In this document: positions 26,175 to 41,038 of the stretch, piece after piece
Layout: every line of letters starts with the position of its first letter
Numbering within the stretch: the stretch's first letter is position 1
DNA from: Eledone cirrhosa
Taxonomy: Eukaryota
Length of the DNA: 64,000 nucleotides
Direction: 5' to 3'
NCBI GenBank assembly: GCA_964016885.1
Contig: OZ024740.1
Location: 97,774,001 to 97,838,000, forward strand
Program-made: the position numbers and the translations under genes
The notes under the pieces: generated by a model
Databases searched by the model: none
Seen by the model: the letters and a program-made list of their open reading frames with translations, nothing else
Told to the model about the DNA's origin: nothing

Positions 26175-26204
<30 letters not shown>

Positions 26205-26205
<1 letters not shown>

Positions 26206-29200
26206 CTTTCTTTATTAACCACAAGGGTTTACACAAAGTAAAACATTAAGGACAATACAGGACGGTACAAATGGGCATTTCTGCGTGTAAAAATAAAAAC
26301 AGAGGATGTAACAAAAAAAGAAACAATGAAAAATTCCCCAATAGGGGGGAGTCTTCCGAGGGACATTCGTGGAGAAAGCCCATTAAAAAGTCACAGTGAC
26401 CCTGACCACCAGGGCAAGTGCTCTCTCCCAGTTTTCCACCTTCAATTTACAGGCGCATACTCGGGCCATGCCTGCCTCTCTCAAACATCTTTCAACAAAA
26501 TGCTGGGAAGAGAGTACTTCCCTCTCTACCCTGATTTTCCTTTTCAAATGAAATTTGAAAAAGTTAATCAGGGCATCACCAAAGAGGTAAATGCTTGTCT
26601 TCAGCCCTTTCAAAGGCGTCCACCTCACTATCTCTTTCGCCATGGCCACCACACAGATAAAAACTGCCTGCTCTTCCGGGCTAAAGAAAGAGGGCGGGAC
26701 AATCTTCATGATGGTCCGTCCTATACGTGACAGCAGGTGTTCGACATAAAACCATAAGTCATCAATGCTCGGGCACTGGACGAGTGCGTGCAGGATGGCT
26801 TCATCGCCCTGCCCGCATCTCGGACAGGCCCGGCTGACAGCACTTCCATGCCTGTAGAGTTCATCCCGAACTGGCAAGGCTCCTCGGTAGCACTGCTAGG
26901 CCTTGAATTTCTGGAAGTTGTCCATGGGCCCCGGCCCGAAAGTTCTCCCGAAGACATTGGCTAGTTGGTTTTCGTCAACACCCATAGTCTCCCCAAGTAC
27001 GTTGTTGCTCTTCCCCTCCATTAATCCTCTATAGAACGACAAGGTGGAGTTTCCAGTGATTGTATTGCTCGACTGGTCGAGGGCTGTAAGCGCCTGTAGA
27101 CATTCCAGCCTCGAAGCGCTTCCTCTCGGTCTTCGCTTGACCCAGGACTGAAGCTCCACCAAGGAGACAAGCTGGGGAAACATGAGTCTAGCAAAGGTCG
27201 ACCACACCTGATCACCATCAAGGAAGAGGTGGAGATGTTGTAGCATGATTGCATGTCTGCGCATCCTCAGCCAGGGCAAGCCCAGCCCTCCGCATAGGGG
27301 GTGTTGACAGCAGATGGATCGCCAGACCATCGGAGCACGTCCCTTTCTCAAAAAGCGAAAGAGCAAACGCTCCAGTGTAGTTAGGTGAGGCTTAGGACAA
27401 GGCACGATGGTCAGGCGGTAGTAAATGACAGACGCGATGTACGCATTCGCCACCTCCACTCAACCTTTCAGGGATGGCTTCCTCACAGCCCATTTCTAGG
27501 TGAGAGCAGCCACCTTGCTCGTGAACTCCTCCCAGGTTTTTGTCTGTCTGGAGGTCCGGACCGAACCATACCCCTAGCAATTTAACCGGTCCGTCTGTCC
27601 AGTGCCCGACGACGCTGATGGACGGCATGGACCTGCCTCTCCAGGTGCCGAGTTGCAGGCCTACTGATTTTTCCTGGTTGATCATTACTCCTGTCACTAC
27701 CTCGTACTCTCTTAGTGGTGCCAATCGTCTCAATGTGCTTGCCGTTCAAGACCACTATGATGATGTCGTCTGCATATGCTGACATGGTTCTTCCGCATCC
27801 TAGTTCACACAGGATCCCCCCTCAACGTCTTCAGTTTGTGCAGTAATGGCTCGAGAGCCAATACGTGCAACAAGGACGTGAAAGGACATCCATTGCGGAT
27901 GGAGCGCAATATGTTGAACGGTTCTGAGAGGTGACCGTTCACTCTTACCACAAAGCAGATGTCGCTGTGCATTGCAGCAATCCAGCCTCTGAAGACGGGA
28001 CCAAAGCCAGCTGCTCTTAGGACTGCCGCCAGATAACGATGTTCGATCCTGTCGAAAGCTTTTGACTGATCTAAATTGATCAAAGACCCATCCATGCTAG
28101 GTTCCCTAGCTACCCACTCTACGATGTATCGCATGAGGTGGAGGTTGTCGTCGATGGATGTCTGGAATGACGCATGTTTGCGCCTCTCCCACTAGACTAC
28201 CAATGACAAGCGCCAACCTCTTTGCTAGCACCTTAGCTAAATTCTTGAAGTCTGTGTTTAGCAGAGTTTTGGTCCTGAAATTGTCTATGTTATCCCCCTT
28301 GTTTGGATCCTTTTTCAGAAGCGCCACAGCTCCTCGGCTCACAGAGCTGGGAATTCTCCCGTTTTACTGCCAGTTGCAGTAGACATCCGCCAAGAGGTCT
28401 TCGAACAAGTCTAGCATACGTATGTAAAATTCGTATGGCAGACATTCCAAACCAGGCAATTTACCCATTGTGCAGCTAAGCATTGCCTCCCGTACTTCAG
28501 CAGCTGTTATCGGCCTTTTGCAACACTCCGCTTCAGTGGCCGAGAGCCGCGGCAGTCCGTCGAGGTAGGCACTGAAGTCCATTCCACGATACGGCCCACC
28601 ACTGCCCCCGAACAGCTGAGCAAAGTGCTGCTGAAAAGCCGCATACATCTGCCCGGGATTGAGTATCATGCACCCGTCGCGGTTTGCCAATGACCGTATC
28701 GCCACCTGGGCCCATTGAACGGCTATCGTCCCCTCGTGTCTGAGAGCAGGCACCCTAGCTCTGACAACGCAGCCTTCATGCTCAGCGTTGAAAAATTGGT
28801 CGAGAGCAAATTTCACCACAAGCACGTCGGGCGCGATGCCTTTACTAAGCACTTCGTCTAATTTGCTAACTAGATTTCCTTCTGCTCTATTTTCCTCTCT
28901 TACTAACGCTTTACTAAACCTAATGGACTCTATTTTAATCGCTCTTTTCAGGGCAAACCACCATTTGTTGTTGACGATGACCCCTGTCAATGCCCACTTA
29001 ACTAATTCACTAATCAGGCTCTGTAACCTTTGCGCGCTGTTAACGACGCGTTTAGTTTCCAGTAGCCGGGTCCCTGTCTATGAAACCTATCTAAGTCAAC
29101 CACACAAATCCCGAATTTGTGGTCTGTGTAGCCGACTATCGTTAATTGTGGACAGCCTATGCTAGACCTATCTATTTCCCTACAAAATACCCTATCTAGA

Positions 29201-29548
29201 TATGATCTGGATGAAGAGATGCGGTTTGTCCAAGTCCACATTGGTACAATCTGGAAATCCAAACTGTACCTGTCAGACAGTTGAAAACGTCTGAGCAGGT
29301 TTGTGAGGCTTTTGCACCCTCCTCCCCTATCCGCTAATCCCACACAGTCCAAGCGTGCATCTAAGATCCCGTTCCAGTTGCCTACTAATACTAAAGAGCG
29401 GGACGTTCCAAGAAAGGTCTCCAGCCGTCGGAAGATTCAGGCCGTCCTGCTCAGCGTTGATTGGGGCATAGACGGCCACTAGCCTGAAAGCTTGTCATCC
29501 TCCGCTGGTCACGTCCAGCACCACCAACTTACCTTCTGGGTCCAAGAA
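26205..29548 (-). mobile_element. Tx1-type LINE copy 2 (ORF2 pseudogene plus 3'UTR; 5' part lost)
   Basis: Colinear homology to ORF2 of copy 1 with many frameshifts; own AATAAA and (TTA)n tail at 26175-26203. Confidence 0.92.
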
Positions 29549-32077
29549 CTTGCAACGTTCCCTGGTAGCAGTGCCAGGCCAGGGATTTCTGGAAGTTATC
29601 CAGATGCCCCGTGCTGAAAGTGCTCTTGAAGAGAGAGAACAGCTGATCGTCTTTGACACGCAGAGTTTCCTCAAGAATTTCATCGCTCAACCCCTCCACT
29701 AGACCTCTATAGAACGCCGAGGTGGATGCTCCAACGATATCAGAGCCCAGCTGGTAGGGGGCGGTGAGCGCTTGGAGACATTCCAGCTTCCAAGCGCTAT
29801 CCCTCGGTCTTTTCCTTATCCAGGACTGCAGCTCCACCAAGGAGACGAGCTGGAGAAAAGCGTGTCTGGCAAATGGCGACCACACATGTTCACCGTCAAG
29901 GAAGCACCAGAGATGTCGCAGTCTCAGCGCATGTTTGCGCATCATCAGCCATGGCATGCCCAGTCCTCCACGTCCCTTCCACAAAAGGTGGAAGAGAAGG
30001 TGCTCCAATTTGGTCAGAGTTGGGCGGGGCAAGGTACAACGGTCAGGCAGTAGCAGATGATGGACACGATGTCCACATTCGCCACCTCCACCCGACCTTT
30101 CAGAGATAGCCTCCTCTAGGCCCATTTCTGGGCGAGAGAAGCCACCCTGCTCGTCACCTCGCTCCAGTTTTTCTCCATCTTGAGGTCTGGACTGAAACAG
30201 ACCCCAAACAATTTAATCGGTCCTTCCGTCCAGTTCCCCATGACGCTGTCGGACAGGCTCTCCAGGTGCCAAGTTGCAAGCCGACCGACTGTTCCTGGTT
30301 TATCTTTGGTCCTGTCACCACTTCGTATCCTTGAGAGCGGTGCTGAGCATCTGGACGTGTTTGGTGCTCAACACTACCACGGTAACATCGATGGCGTAAG
30401 CCGACACCAATCTCCCACATCCCAGTTCGCGAAGGACGCCCCTCGTGGTCTCCAATTTGTGCAGTAATGGCTCGAGAGTCAGTACGTACAAGAGGGACTA
30501 GAGGGGACAACCCTGATGGACCGAGCGCATGATGCTGAACAGCTGCGACAGGTGACCATTCACCCTCAAAATAGAGCAAATGTGGCTGTACATCGCAGCA
30601 ATCCAGCCCTTAAAAACGGGCCCGAAACCGACGACCTCGAGGACCGCACACAGGTACCGATGGTCAACCCTATCAAATGCTTTAGATTGATCCAAGCTGA
30701 TCAGCGCCCCACCCGTGCCAGGTTACTTAACCACCGTCTCTATGATGTATCGCATGAGATGGAGGTTGTTGTGGATGGATCTGTCCGGAATGGCGCATAT
30801 CTGCGCCTCTCCCACCAGATCACCAACGACAAGCGCCAAACTCTTTGCTAACACCTTGGCCAAAATCTTGAACTCTGCGTTTAGCAGAGTTATGGGCCTG
30901 ATGTTGTCTATAACGTCCCCCTTGTTCAGATCTTTTCTAAGCAGCGCCGCCGCTCCCCGACTCACAAAACTGGGAAAGCTCCCGTTCTGCTGCCAGTTGC
31001 AGTAGACATATGCCAAGAGGTCGCCAAACAAGTCTGGCATGTACGCATAAAGCTCGTAGGGCAGACCATCCAAACCTGACGATTTACCCCTCGTGCAGTC
31101 AGTCAGATATCGCTTCTTGTATTTCAGCTGCTGTTATTGGATTTTCTCAGCACTGTGCTGCAGTTGTCGAGAACCGAGGCAGTCCGTCGAGGTATGCACC
31201 GAAGTCCATACTCCGATCCGGCCGCCGCTGCTACGAACAATTAAGCAAAGTGCAGTTGAAAAACCGCACACATCTGCTCAGGTTCGAGCAACATGCGCCC
31301 GTTTTGATCAGGCAAAGACCGAATAGTGGATTTGTTGCCACATCGTGCCTCCACCACCCGGGCCCATTGAACGGCTTTCGTCCACTCCTGTCTCAGAGCA
31401 CGTGCTCTAGCTCCGACAATGCATCCTTCGTGCTTTATGTTGAAGAATTGCTCAAGTGCCAATCTCACTGCAAGCACGTCGATTGCGATGCCTGTCCTAA
31501 ACGCCTCTTCTAGGTTTCTAACTAGCTCTCCCTCTACTTATTTTCCTCAATCACTACTCCTTTGCTAAACCTTATTGATTCTACTCTAATAGCCCTTTTC
31601 AGGGTAAACCACCACCTGTTGTTGATGATCGCACCCGTCAACGCATGCTTAACTAATTCGCTAATCCGGTCTCTGTAAGATTTGCGCACTGGGAACGACG
31701 CATTCAGCTTCCAGTAACCAGGCCCTTGCCTATGGAGTCTATCTAACTCAACTTCACAGATCACAAACTTGTGGTCCGTGTAGTTGACTACTTTAAATTG
31801 TGGACAATCTACACTAGCCTTATCTGTTTCTCTACAGAATACCCTATCTAAATACGATCTGGATGACCCGATGTGGTTTGCCCATTTCCACATTGGCACA
31901 TTCGGATAATCCAGTCTATATCTGTGAGACAGTTCAAAACGTCTGAGCAGTTTGTTGAAACTTTTACAACCTCGTTCTCTGTCTACTAACCCCACATAAT
32001 CCCAGCGTGCATCTAAGATCCATTCCAGATGCTCACTAACACTAAAGGGCGGGACGTTCCAAGAAATGTTTCCAGAC
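29546..32077 (-). mobile_element. Tx1-type LINE copy 3 (ORF2 pseudogene, truncated at both ends)
   Basis: Colinear ORF2 homology from mid-endonuclease to AWHCYQGTLQV. Confidence 0.92.
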
Positions 32078-32240
32078 AGTAATTTGTGGGGAGGGGAACG
32101 TCGATTAAATCGACCCCAGTACTTTACTGGTGCTTTATTTTATCAACCCCGTAAGGATCAAAAGCAAAGTTAACCTTGGTGGGATTTGAAAGGGTCATAA
32201 CTCTATGCTGCAAACATGGTCACTAACGCTCTATCATTAA
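32078..32240 (-). mobile_element. SINE family A, longer variant with an extra gtcgattaaatcgac hairpin, 3'-truncated
   Basis: actggtgctttattttatcaaccccgtaaggatcaaaagcaaagttaacc core. Confidence 0.75.
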
Positions 32241-32259
32241 TAATAATAATAATTTTTTT

Positions 32260-33460
32260 GACAGGAAATCTATTGGTTGATAATTGACAGCTACATTTCC
32301 CTTTGCTTTCTCCTTCACTATAAGGACTATTCAACTCTTGGTCATCCATGTATGGACTTCTTCCAGCTGCAAGAACTTGTTCAAGTGTTTGGCTATCCTA
32401 TTGTGCATGTTGCTTATTTTCTTGTACCAGAATCCTTTGAAACTGTGAGGGCCAGGTGCCTTTCAGCTTGCTATTCCTGTAACAAACTATTTGAAATTAC
32501 TGGAGTAAATACTGATGTTATCTTGTTTCACATTCTAGTTTCATTCATTGATGTTTTACTCACTGAAACCACTCTCTCTCATTATTATGAGAAGAAAGTA
32601 TTCCACAGATATTGTTCCAAAATTCAGTTGCTTCAACTGGATCAGGAAGCATGTTTGCCATTTTGGCTTTACCATCGAGTTCTTTATAAATCTTAGAAGC
32701 GTTTGATTGAGAAGTTTTATTTTGATAAATTGTTGTTGTTGATATTCAAAAGGCTGAATGTTTAGACTGTCACAATGTATTTTTGTCTTACATTGACTGA
32801 TCACACCAATATAGCCTACAACTTCAAGATCATATTTTTTCTAGCGTTCAGATTATGATTTCCTTTTTTAATCCTCCCAGGAGACAAACCTCCAGTCAAT
32901 GATGTTTCTCTCAATTCTATGTTTCCAGAATGGAGCTTCTTTTTTTTCCTGTTTGCCGTTTTCTCGGGCTTTAACATCCAGTCTCACAGCAACTAATAAT
33001 GCTGCACTGGTACGTAGCTTATTTGTTTCAGTAATGTTGTTGATTTTTAGATTATCAATAATGTTGTTGGTTGATTCTATCTCAGCCTTGATCTTATCCC
33101 ATTTGATGTTTTTTTATGGATGAGATCACTTGTGCTGTGTCACCTTGATAGATATCTCTTAACCTTGCTAATAAATTCTTTTCATGTTCAGTCAATACCC
33201 TGATGTTATGAATTCCATTATTAATGTCTAACCTCTGGAATCTCACCACCAATTCAGTTGAATGAGATGGCATTGTTCCTCATACTTGCTCAACTCCAAT
33301 GATGTTTTCCTTCATAGCAAGTGCTTCAGATATAACAACCGAGTTCCCCTCATCCAGATCTTCCTGGCCAGGCTATTTAACCCATAGTTGGGATGGATGG
33401 CCCTTGACTCTAAAGAGTACATCTGCCCTTTAAAAGATCTTGTATTTTGTTCTGCTGGGG
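32260..33460 (-). mobile_element. R4/Dong-like retrotransposon N-terminal relic
   Basis: Degenerate translation with ETNKLRTSAALLVAVRLDVK..APFWKHRIE and a later KGFWY..GHPGPD-like pre-RT segment. Confidence 0.5.
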
Positions 33461-33524
33461 TTCCATTTAATAGTGATAATAATAATAATATTAACAATAC
33501 TAATAATAATAATCATTCAATCAG

Positions 33525-33615
33525 AAATGTGTAAAATATATTGGTATTTTCCAATACACACTAATCAAACATTAGAGCACAATAAACCAGACATAACAAT
33601 GGTTGAAAAATTATT
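33525..33615 (+). mobile_element. RLE endonuclease fragment
   Basis: KIYWYFPIHTNQTLEHNKPDITMVEK. Confidence 0.55.
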
Positions 33616-36510
33616 GATTATCTTCAAAATGATTTGAAAATAATAAGTTGATTCTTTCAGTAGAAACAGTGTTAAAAAAAGGTTTAATATTGTTCACCTC
33701 CACCTCTTTCTCTGTCATTAAGTATCATATTTATTCCAATATAATGTGACCCACTAATTTTTGACAGTAAAATTTACTTACATATTTTACTCTTTTATAT
33801 AAAGCACACCAAAGTACTTGTGTGGTTACTTATATTTTCTATAAAAAAAACAACAATACTTTGGACTCACTTTTCTGTGAATCTCGCTGGCTATTCTCTG
33901 GAGTAATTTTCCATTCTATCTGCTGGAAACATGGAACGATTATGCCATTAGTAATGAGAAAAAATAATTATTATAATGATTCTTGTAAAAAAGAAATAAA
34001 AAGACTAAAGTGATAACCGCATAATATTGTTGCAAAATGTTATGACATTGTTTAAATTATGCGCTGAAAACAATGTCTATATGCACATCGACACTTATTT
34101 TGACTCTTAACTTTATAAAGAGTAGTATCCCTTTTAGTATAGGCCAGTAGCATAATTTCTACGTTTTAACACTTTTATTAACATATTTCTAATAGCCTAT
34201 TGTTTTCAAATAATTTCAAAAGCAATGAAGACATTGGAGAATTTAGTAATATAACTAACTTTCTCATTAACTTTATAAAAGTTCTTACATAGACTTATGA
34301 TGGGAAATATATAGATAAGTGCTTTAAAACAATGATTATTGTATCATAGTGGCTGCTTGGTACCAAAGTTGTTAAACTAATCTTTTAAAATAAATAATCA
34401 CTTTTAAACAACAGAGTGTATAGCCACACACCACAAGTGTACCAATACAATAAATAATAGCCAAGTAAACAGTGATTCCTAGCTGAAGGTAATGAAATGT
34501 ATATATTAGTTTAAGATCTCTCAGGGCTTCTACCATTGGTATCTTTATTTAAACAGATGTACTGTTGATTTAATTTCCAGTTTTGTTACATTCATTTTGT
34601 TTAACATTCAATTTCTACCTACAATTTTCATCATTCTGGTAATTTCATAATTCTGTCTATGAGGACCATGGATTAATCATATAATTCCTTCTGGCAAATA
34701 CATTTGATAATGTCTTTGAGTCAGCTAAAGTTCAGCCCCTTCAATGACTTATTTTACATTGAGCCTGACATTTTAAAAAATAATTTTTCGAATCACACGA
34801 GTAAATGCAGAAAGTTTGAAAACTGTTTAACATTAGTTTAACTAAGACTGCAATTAAGGTGCAAAAAGCATAAAATCCACCACATCACATTTACACTTGC
34901 TTAAAACAATTGTATATTACATGTTTCCATAATAAATGTTGACCATGACTTTTTAAAAATTTAATGAAAGCCTTTCTCTTTCTCCCGCTATCTCTCTCAC
35001 ATTCTCTTGCCTTGTCCCCACTCTTTTCTTTTTTCCACAAACAATCTGTTTTTCTTTCCCTCTCCTTTCTATGTAATTTCTCAAAAGTATTCTCCTCTCT
35101 GACCAGATTTTAATAAAACTGCCAAACATGTAAGATTTAATATCAAATTTACAGACCTGTTTCATAGCATTAGTTATGTTATTACTTTTTCAGTGAAATT
35201 AATAACAACCTCAAGAAAGTCAATAACTGTAGTCTTTATTGTAGACATACTCAATGAGAGAGCAGATTTTCAATTTTTCAACCATTCTTCTTAAAGTTTC
35301 ATCACCCATATCTTACTGCCAACTTTGTTCTTTCAGTTAGTACAGATCCTTTAATCAGTATTATTAGTATATATCTGTATCTACCAAACAGGGTTCTGTA
35401 AAAATCTGCTAGGCTTTGCATGATAAGGTATTGTTTAATAAAATTACATACAAATTTATTTAGATTTTCTTTTTATTCTTTCATGGGTTTCGATAATTCA
35501 GTTTTGGCTATAGTGGGGTACTGCCTTGATAAATTTCGTCTATGATGTTAACCCAAGCAATTATTATAAAAATCTGGTACTTACTTCAGCCACTATTATT
35601 TGTCAAACTGCTAGCTTACAGAACACAAAACGTGCAATATTTGTTATTAAGTAATGTAAACAGATATGAAAAGACACATTACACCAGACATGATTATATA
35701 TACATATATATTTTCGACATACAGGGAAATATGCAAATTTAACTAGTTCACATGTCTCTATATTCATTATGCAGATTTATTTACACATTTATGTATTCCC
35801 AATTAAACTCTGTACATGTACAGACATAGTGCATGGAAAAATAGATGTTAAATGGTGATGACAATTCCCCATTGTTTCCATTTAACAATTTCACTCGCAA
35901 GGGTTAGTAAACTGTACAGAAGCCTCTTGTATGAGGGTCTATGTGTTTATTTACATATACAGTTTGTTTTCTTCCTAAATATAACGATATGACAAATAGA
36001 GATAAATTAAATAAATCCTGGAGTTGATATGATTTACTAAATCTTTGGAAAGTCCTGCCCCAGAATGGTCACGGTCTAATACCTGAAACCCGCAAATGAA
36101 AATGTACATGACATCAAACATACATGCAAATGCATCAAATCATACACATATACACATCAAAAGAATTTTATGTTGGCTCAAGTGATACTAATAAGTTGCA
36201 AGATTTCATATTTAAATGTTTGTATTAGTGACATTTTAAGAGACTACTATAATATTTTGTACTTGAAAGTTTCTTCATTGCTGTTGAACTTTGCAAACTT
36301 TTACAAACATGCACACACTCTAATAAATTCATGAACATGAATTTTGTTCAATATTAATATATTAGCATATGAACACACAAACAGTACCCTCCCCCTCTCA
36401 TTCTGTCCATCTCTCTATCTCCATATAATTTTATATCAAGGAAGATAAGCATTAAATGATGATGATATATATATGAGTGTGTGTGGTGTGTATATATATA
36501 TATATATATT

Positions 36511-36647
36511 ATCATCATTGTTTAACATCCATTTTCCCTGCTAGCATGGGTAGGACGGGTTGTCCCTTTGTGAAAGATCAAGTTGAAGGACCGTGTTTTG
36601 CTCACACAGAACTGATTTTGGCCTGGTTTCTACAGCTGGAAGGCCTT

Positions 36648-36650
<3 letters not shown>
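36511..36650 (-). mobile_element. RTE 3'-tail fragment cut by (TA)n
   Basis: atcatcattgtttaacatccattttccctgctagcatgggtaggacggg..tttctacagctggaaggccttcct. Confidence 0.7.
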
Positions 36651-36718
<68 letters not shown>

Positions 36719-36851
36719 CGAAGGAAATGTTGTAAGGAACCAGGTGGACCATAACGCACCAAAGTACTCAATACTTAGGGTAGTAGAGTGGGTAATAGGA
36801 ACAAGTGAGACCCCGACGGCTGAGCTCAAGCCGTTTCGACGGCTAATTCTG

Positions 36852-36884
36852 GACTGAATGAAAATTTATTCTGGTATTTAAATA
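36852..36884 (-). promoter_or_regulatory. Putative TATA plus initiator in the PLE terminal repeat (second copy at ~39511-39543)
   Basis: TATTTAAATA (36884-36875) starts 29 nt upstream of the A of TCAGTC (36855). Confidence 0.45.
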
Positions 36885-37231
36885 GCCAAGCTTATCAAGG
36901 GGTAATTCCATATATGGTCAAAGAGACAATCACCAGGATTGGTCACATCACAAGTTAGTAGTAAATCGGTGATGGCAAATTGGTGGGGGAACGGGTAGCT
37001 AAACCTGCCGGTAGGAGAAAAAGGGAGAGGGGGTGGAGTAGACCCATTCATGCGTTGGTAGTCCCGGCTACAGCTGGGCGTGAGGTCAAAGAGGATACTG
37101 GGGAGGGGGAGGGGGAGGAAGTCGAAACGGTAAGTAGAACAATGAGGGTAAAACTATAAAAAGTACTGAGAATGAAAAAAAAAAATAAGCAGTCTGGTTA
37201 CTAAGACTTAAGTCTCTCGCTATTGCTAGGC

Positions 37232-37262
<31 letters not shown>

Positions 37263-38088
37263 ACAAATAAGTGAATAAAAGAATAGATAAATAAATTAAA
37301 AAAATATAATAAAGAATAAAAAAATAAATAATAATAATAAAAATAAACTAGGTGGGACGGAAATAAAGGGACCCTTATACGAGGTATAAGTGCGTGTATC
37401 GTACGGTGACGGGTCAACAAAAGGGGGGTCAAAATACTAAAGAGACTACCACGAAATAATAAAGGTTTCTACCCCAATCACAGGGCCAGCAACCACCCAG
37501 TGCAAGAAAGTAAACTAGTACGAGAATATAATTCAGGGTCCCGCAAAAAAAATATTAATGCTAACTCTAAGGGTACCGCCACGAAACAAAAAGTCTTATA
37601 CAAGCTACATGAAAGATCGTACGAAGTAAAAGTAAAGAACGGAAAATTAATACAGAAACACCCCTCCCCCCCCCCCCCTCCCAAAAAAAAAGAAAAAAAA
37701 GAAGAAAGAAATACTGGATAAACGAGAAATTAAAGCAAAGATGCCACTAAGAAATATAGAAGGCACGGAAAAAAGGGACAGCGGTCGGAGAAGGAGGCAA
37801 GTATCCGAAGTCTAACACCTCTGCTATAAAAAGCGGAGTCAGCCAAATCTATCATAGAATAGGGGAGGGGGTGGGGGTGTTGAAGCTACAAGGGACCGAG
37901 GGGCTACCTCAGGTGGGCGAGAAAAAGACGACGACAAAGAAAAAGAACTGGGGTAGAAGGACTAGGGAGGGATGGGGGGAAGAAGGAAATATAGAAGAAG
38001 CGATAAAAGAATGTAAAAGAAGATCTTACGTCTCCATTGGCAAGCAGGGGTTACCCATTACAAAAGAGTCAAGTGGGGTGTTATAGCC

Positions 38089-39067
38089 CTAGTCTACCCC
38101 CCCCCCCCCCCGGTCATTATGGGGTTTGAGGGCGAGGTAAGTCCTACGTAATCGGTGTTTACATGCAGTAACCAGTTCATCTTTCTTGTTTAGGAGTTGG
38201 TCCGTCGAAAACAGCATTTGTAAAGTTTCCTCCGAGCATGAATTGCACGGACGGCCTCCTACCGTGTAAGAGTTGGCTCTGGACAGTAATTTCCAAGTGA
38301 GATCATAGTTGATGTTGTTGTCCTTGAGGTCCCATATGTGGCCCGAAAGTGTAGTGGCGTGACGCCGGGCCGGGTTTCGGAAGGTATGTCTGTGTTGGTA
38401 TAGCCGGGTCTTGAAGTCACATGCGGTTAATCCTATATAAGCTTTGTTGGAGGTGTTCGTGTTCACGTTGCACTGGTAGATCACATTACGGTCTCTGCAT
38501 CTGTTGTCGAGGGGGCAAATGGATCTATCAGGACAGTTGCACCTCCTGGTCGGCTCTCCACTGCTATTTAGGTTGTTTCTTCCATCGGGGTTGAGTTTTT
38601 GTTGTTGGAGGAGACGATGTTTTGTGCGAAGTTAGGTGTAGTGCTGTAAGAGAGTTTGATGGTATTTTTGTTAATTATGTTGTGGTAGCGGTGTTGTAGT
38701 GGGAAGTGTTTTTCAATGAGCCTAAAGAAAATTTTCCCGATATGAGTTGTCACCTCGGCGTTGTGGTGAGGATTGAACCATGTTACATTGCTTGAGCGGC
38801 GGTGTCGCCTGCTGGTTCCGCTAATGGGAGCTGGACAGTAGGATATTTCCTCCCGGAAACCACTCCGCTTGAGGGCCTGGTTGTAGTAAGGCGCATGTTC
38901 ATCGAATATCTTCTCATTAGCTGACAAACGGGATATGCGGAGGGAGATGTTTTTGACCAGGTTGTTGGTGATGTCCTCGGATGGTTAGATCGGCGGTGGA
39001 TGTAGTGCAGGTTGTCATCGGGTTTCCTGTATGGGTAGTACAGGTCATTATTGAGATCAAGGGTAAC
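38089..39067 (-). pseudogene. PLE RT C-terminus plus GIY-YIG endonuclease (frameshifts at ~38975 and ~38570)
   Basis: Track ORFs 38568-38927 and 38089-38484 plus bridging frames. Confidence 0.85.
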
Positions 39068-39068
39068 G

Positions 39069-39425
39069 TTTATTTCTTTAGTCTAGCAATAGCGAGAGAC
39101 TTAAGTCTTAGTAACCAGACTTTGCTTATTTTTTTTTAATTCTCAGTACTTTTTATAGTTTTACCCTTCATTGTTCTACTTACTGTTTCGACTTCCTCCC
39201 CCTCCCCAGTATCCTCTCTGACCTCACGCCCAGCTGTAGCCGGCACTCACTACCAACGCATGAATGGGTCTACTCCAGCACCTCACCCTTTTTCTCCTAC
39301 CGGCAGGTTTAGCTACCCGTTCCCCCACCAATTTGCCATCACAGATATACTACTAACTTGTGATGTGACCAACCCTGGTGATTACCTCTTTGACCATATA
39401 TGGAATTACCCCTTGATAAGCTCAG

Positions 39426-39428
<3 letters not shown>
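39069..39428 (+). mobile_element. Inverted partial copy (C) of the PLE terminal repeat
   Basis: Near-identical reverse complement of ~39542-39897 and ~36883-37235. Confidence 0.9.
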
Positions 39429-41027
<1,599 letters not shown>

Positions 41028-41038
41028 ATATATATATA

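Larger units (their letters stand above)
36718..39067 (-). mobile_element. 5'-truncated Penelope-like element (Naiad-type), copy A: RT thumb, GIY-YIG endonuclease and ~1.37-kb 3' repeat
   Basis: NVTLDL..YYPYRKP..YIHRRSNHP, WFNP, KHFP, NTIKLSYS, CNC..CPL..C, VIYQ..YIGLT..FKTR..H, CxxCxEE..CKHR. Confidence 0.9.

Noticed and set aside
38089-38927. Selenocysteine recoding, reported for some Naiad elements
   Set aside because: Conserved Cys positions visible here are ordinary Cys codons; the breaks are frameshifts or TAA, not in-frame TGA; no SECIS recognised.
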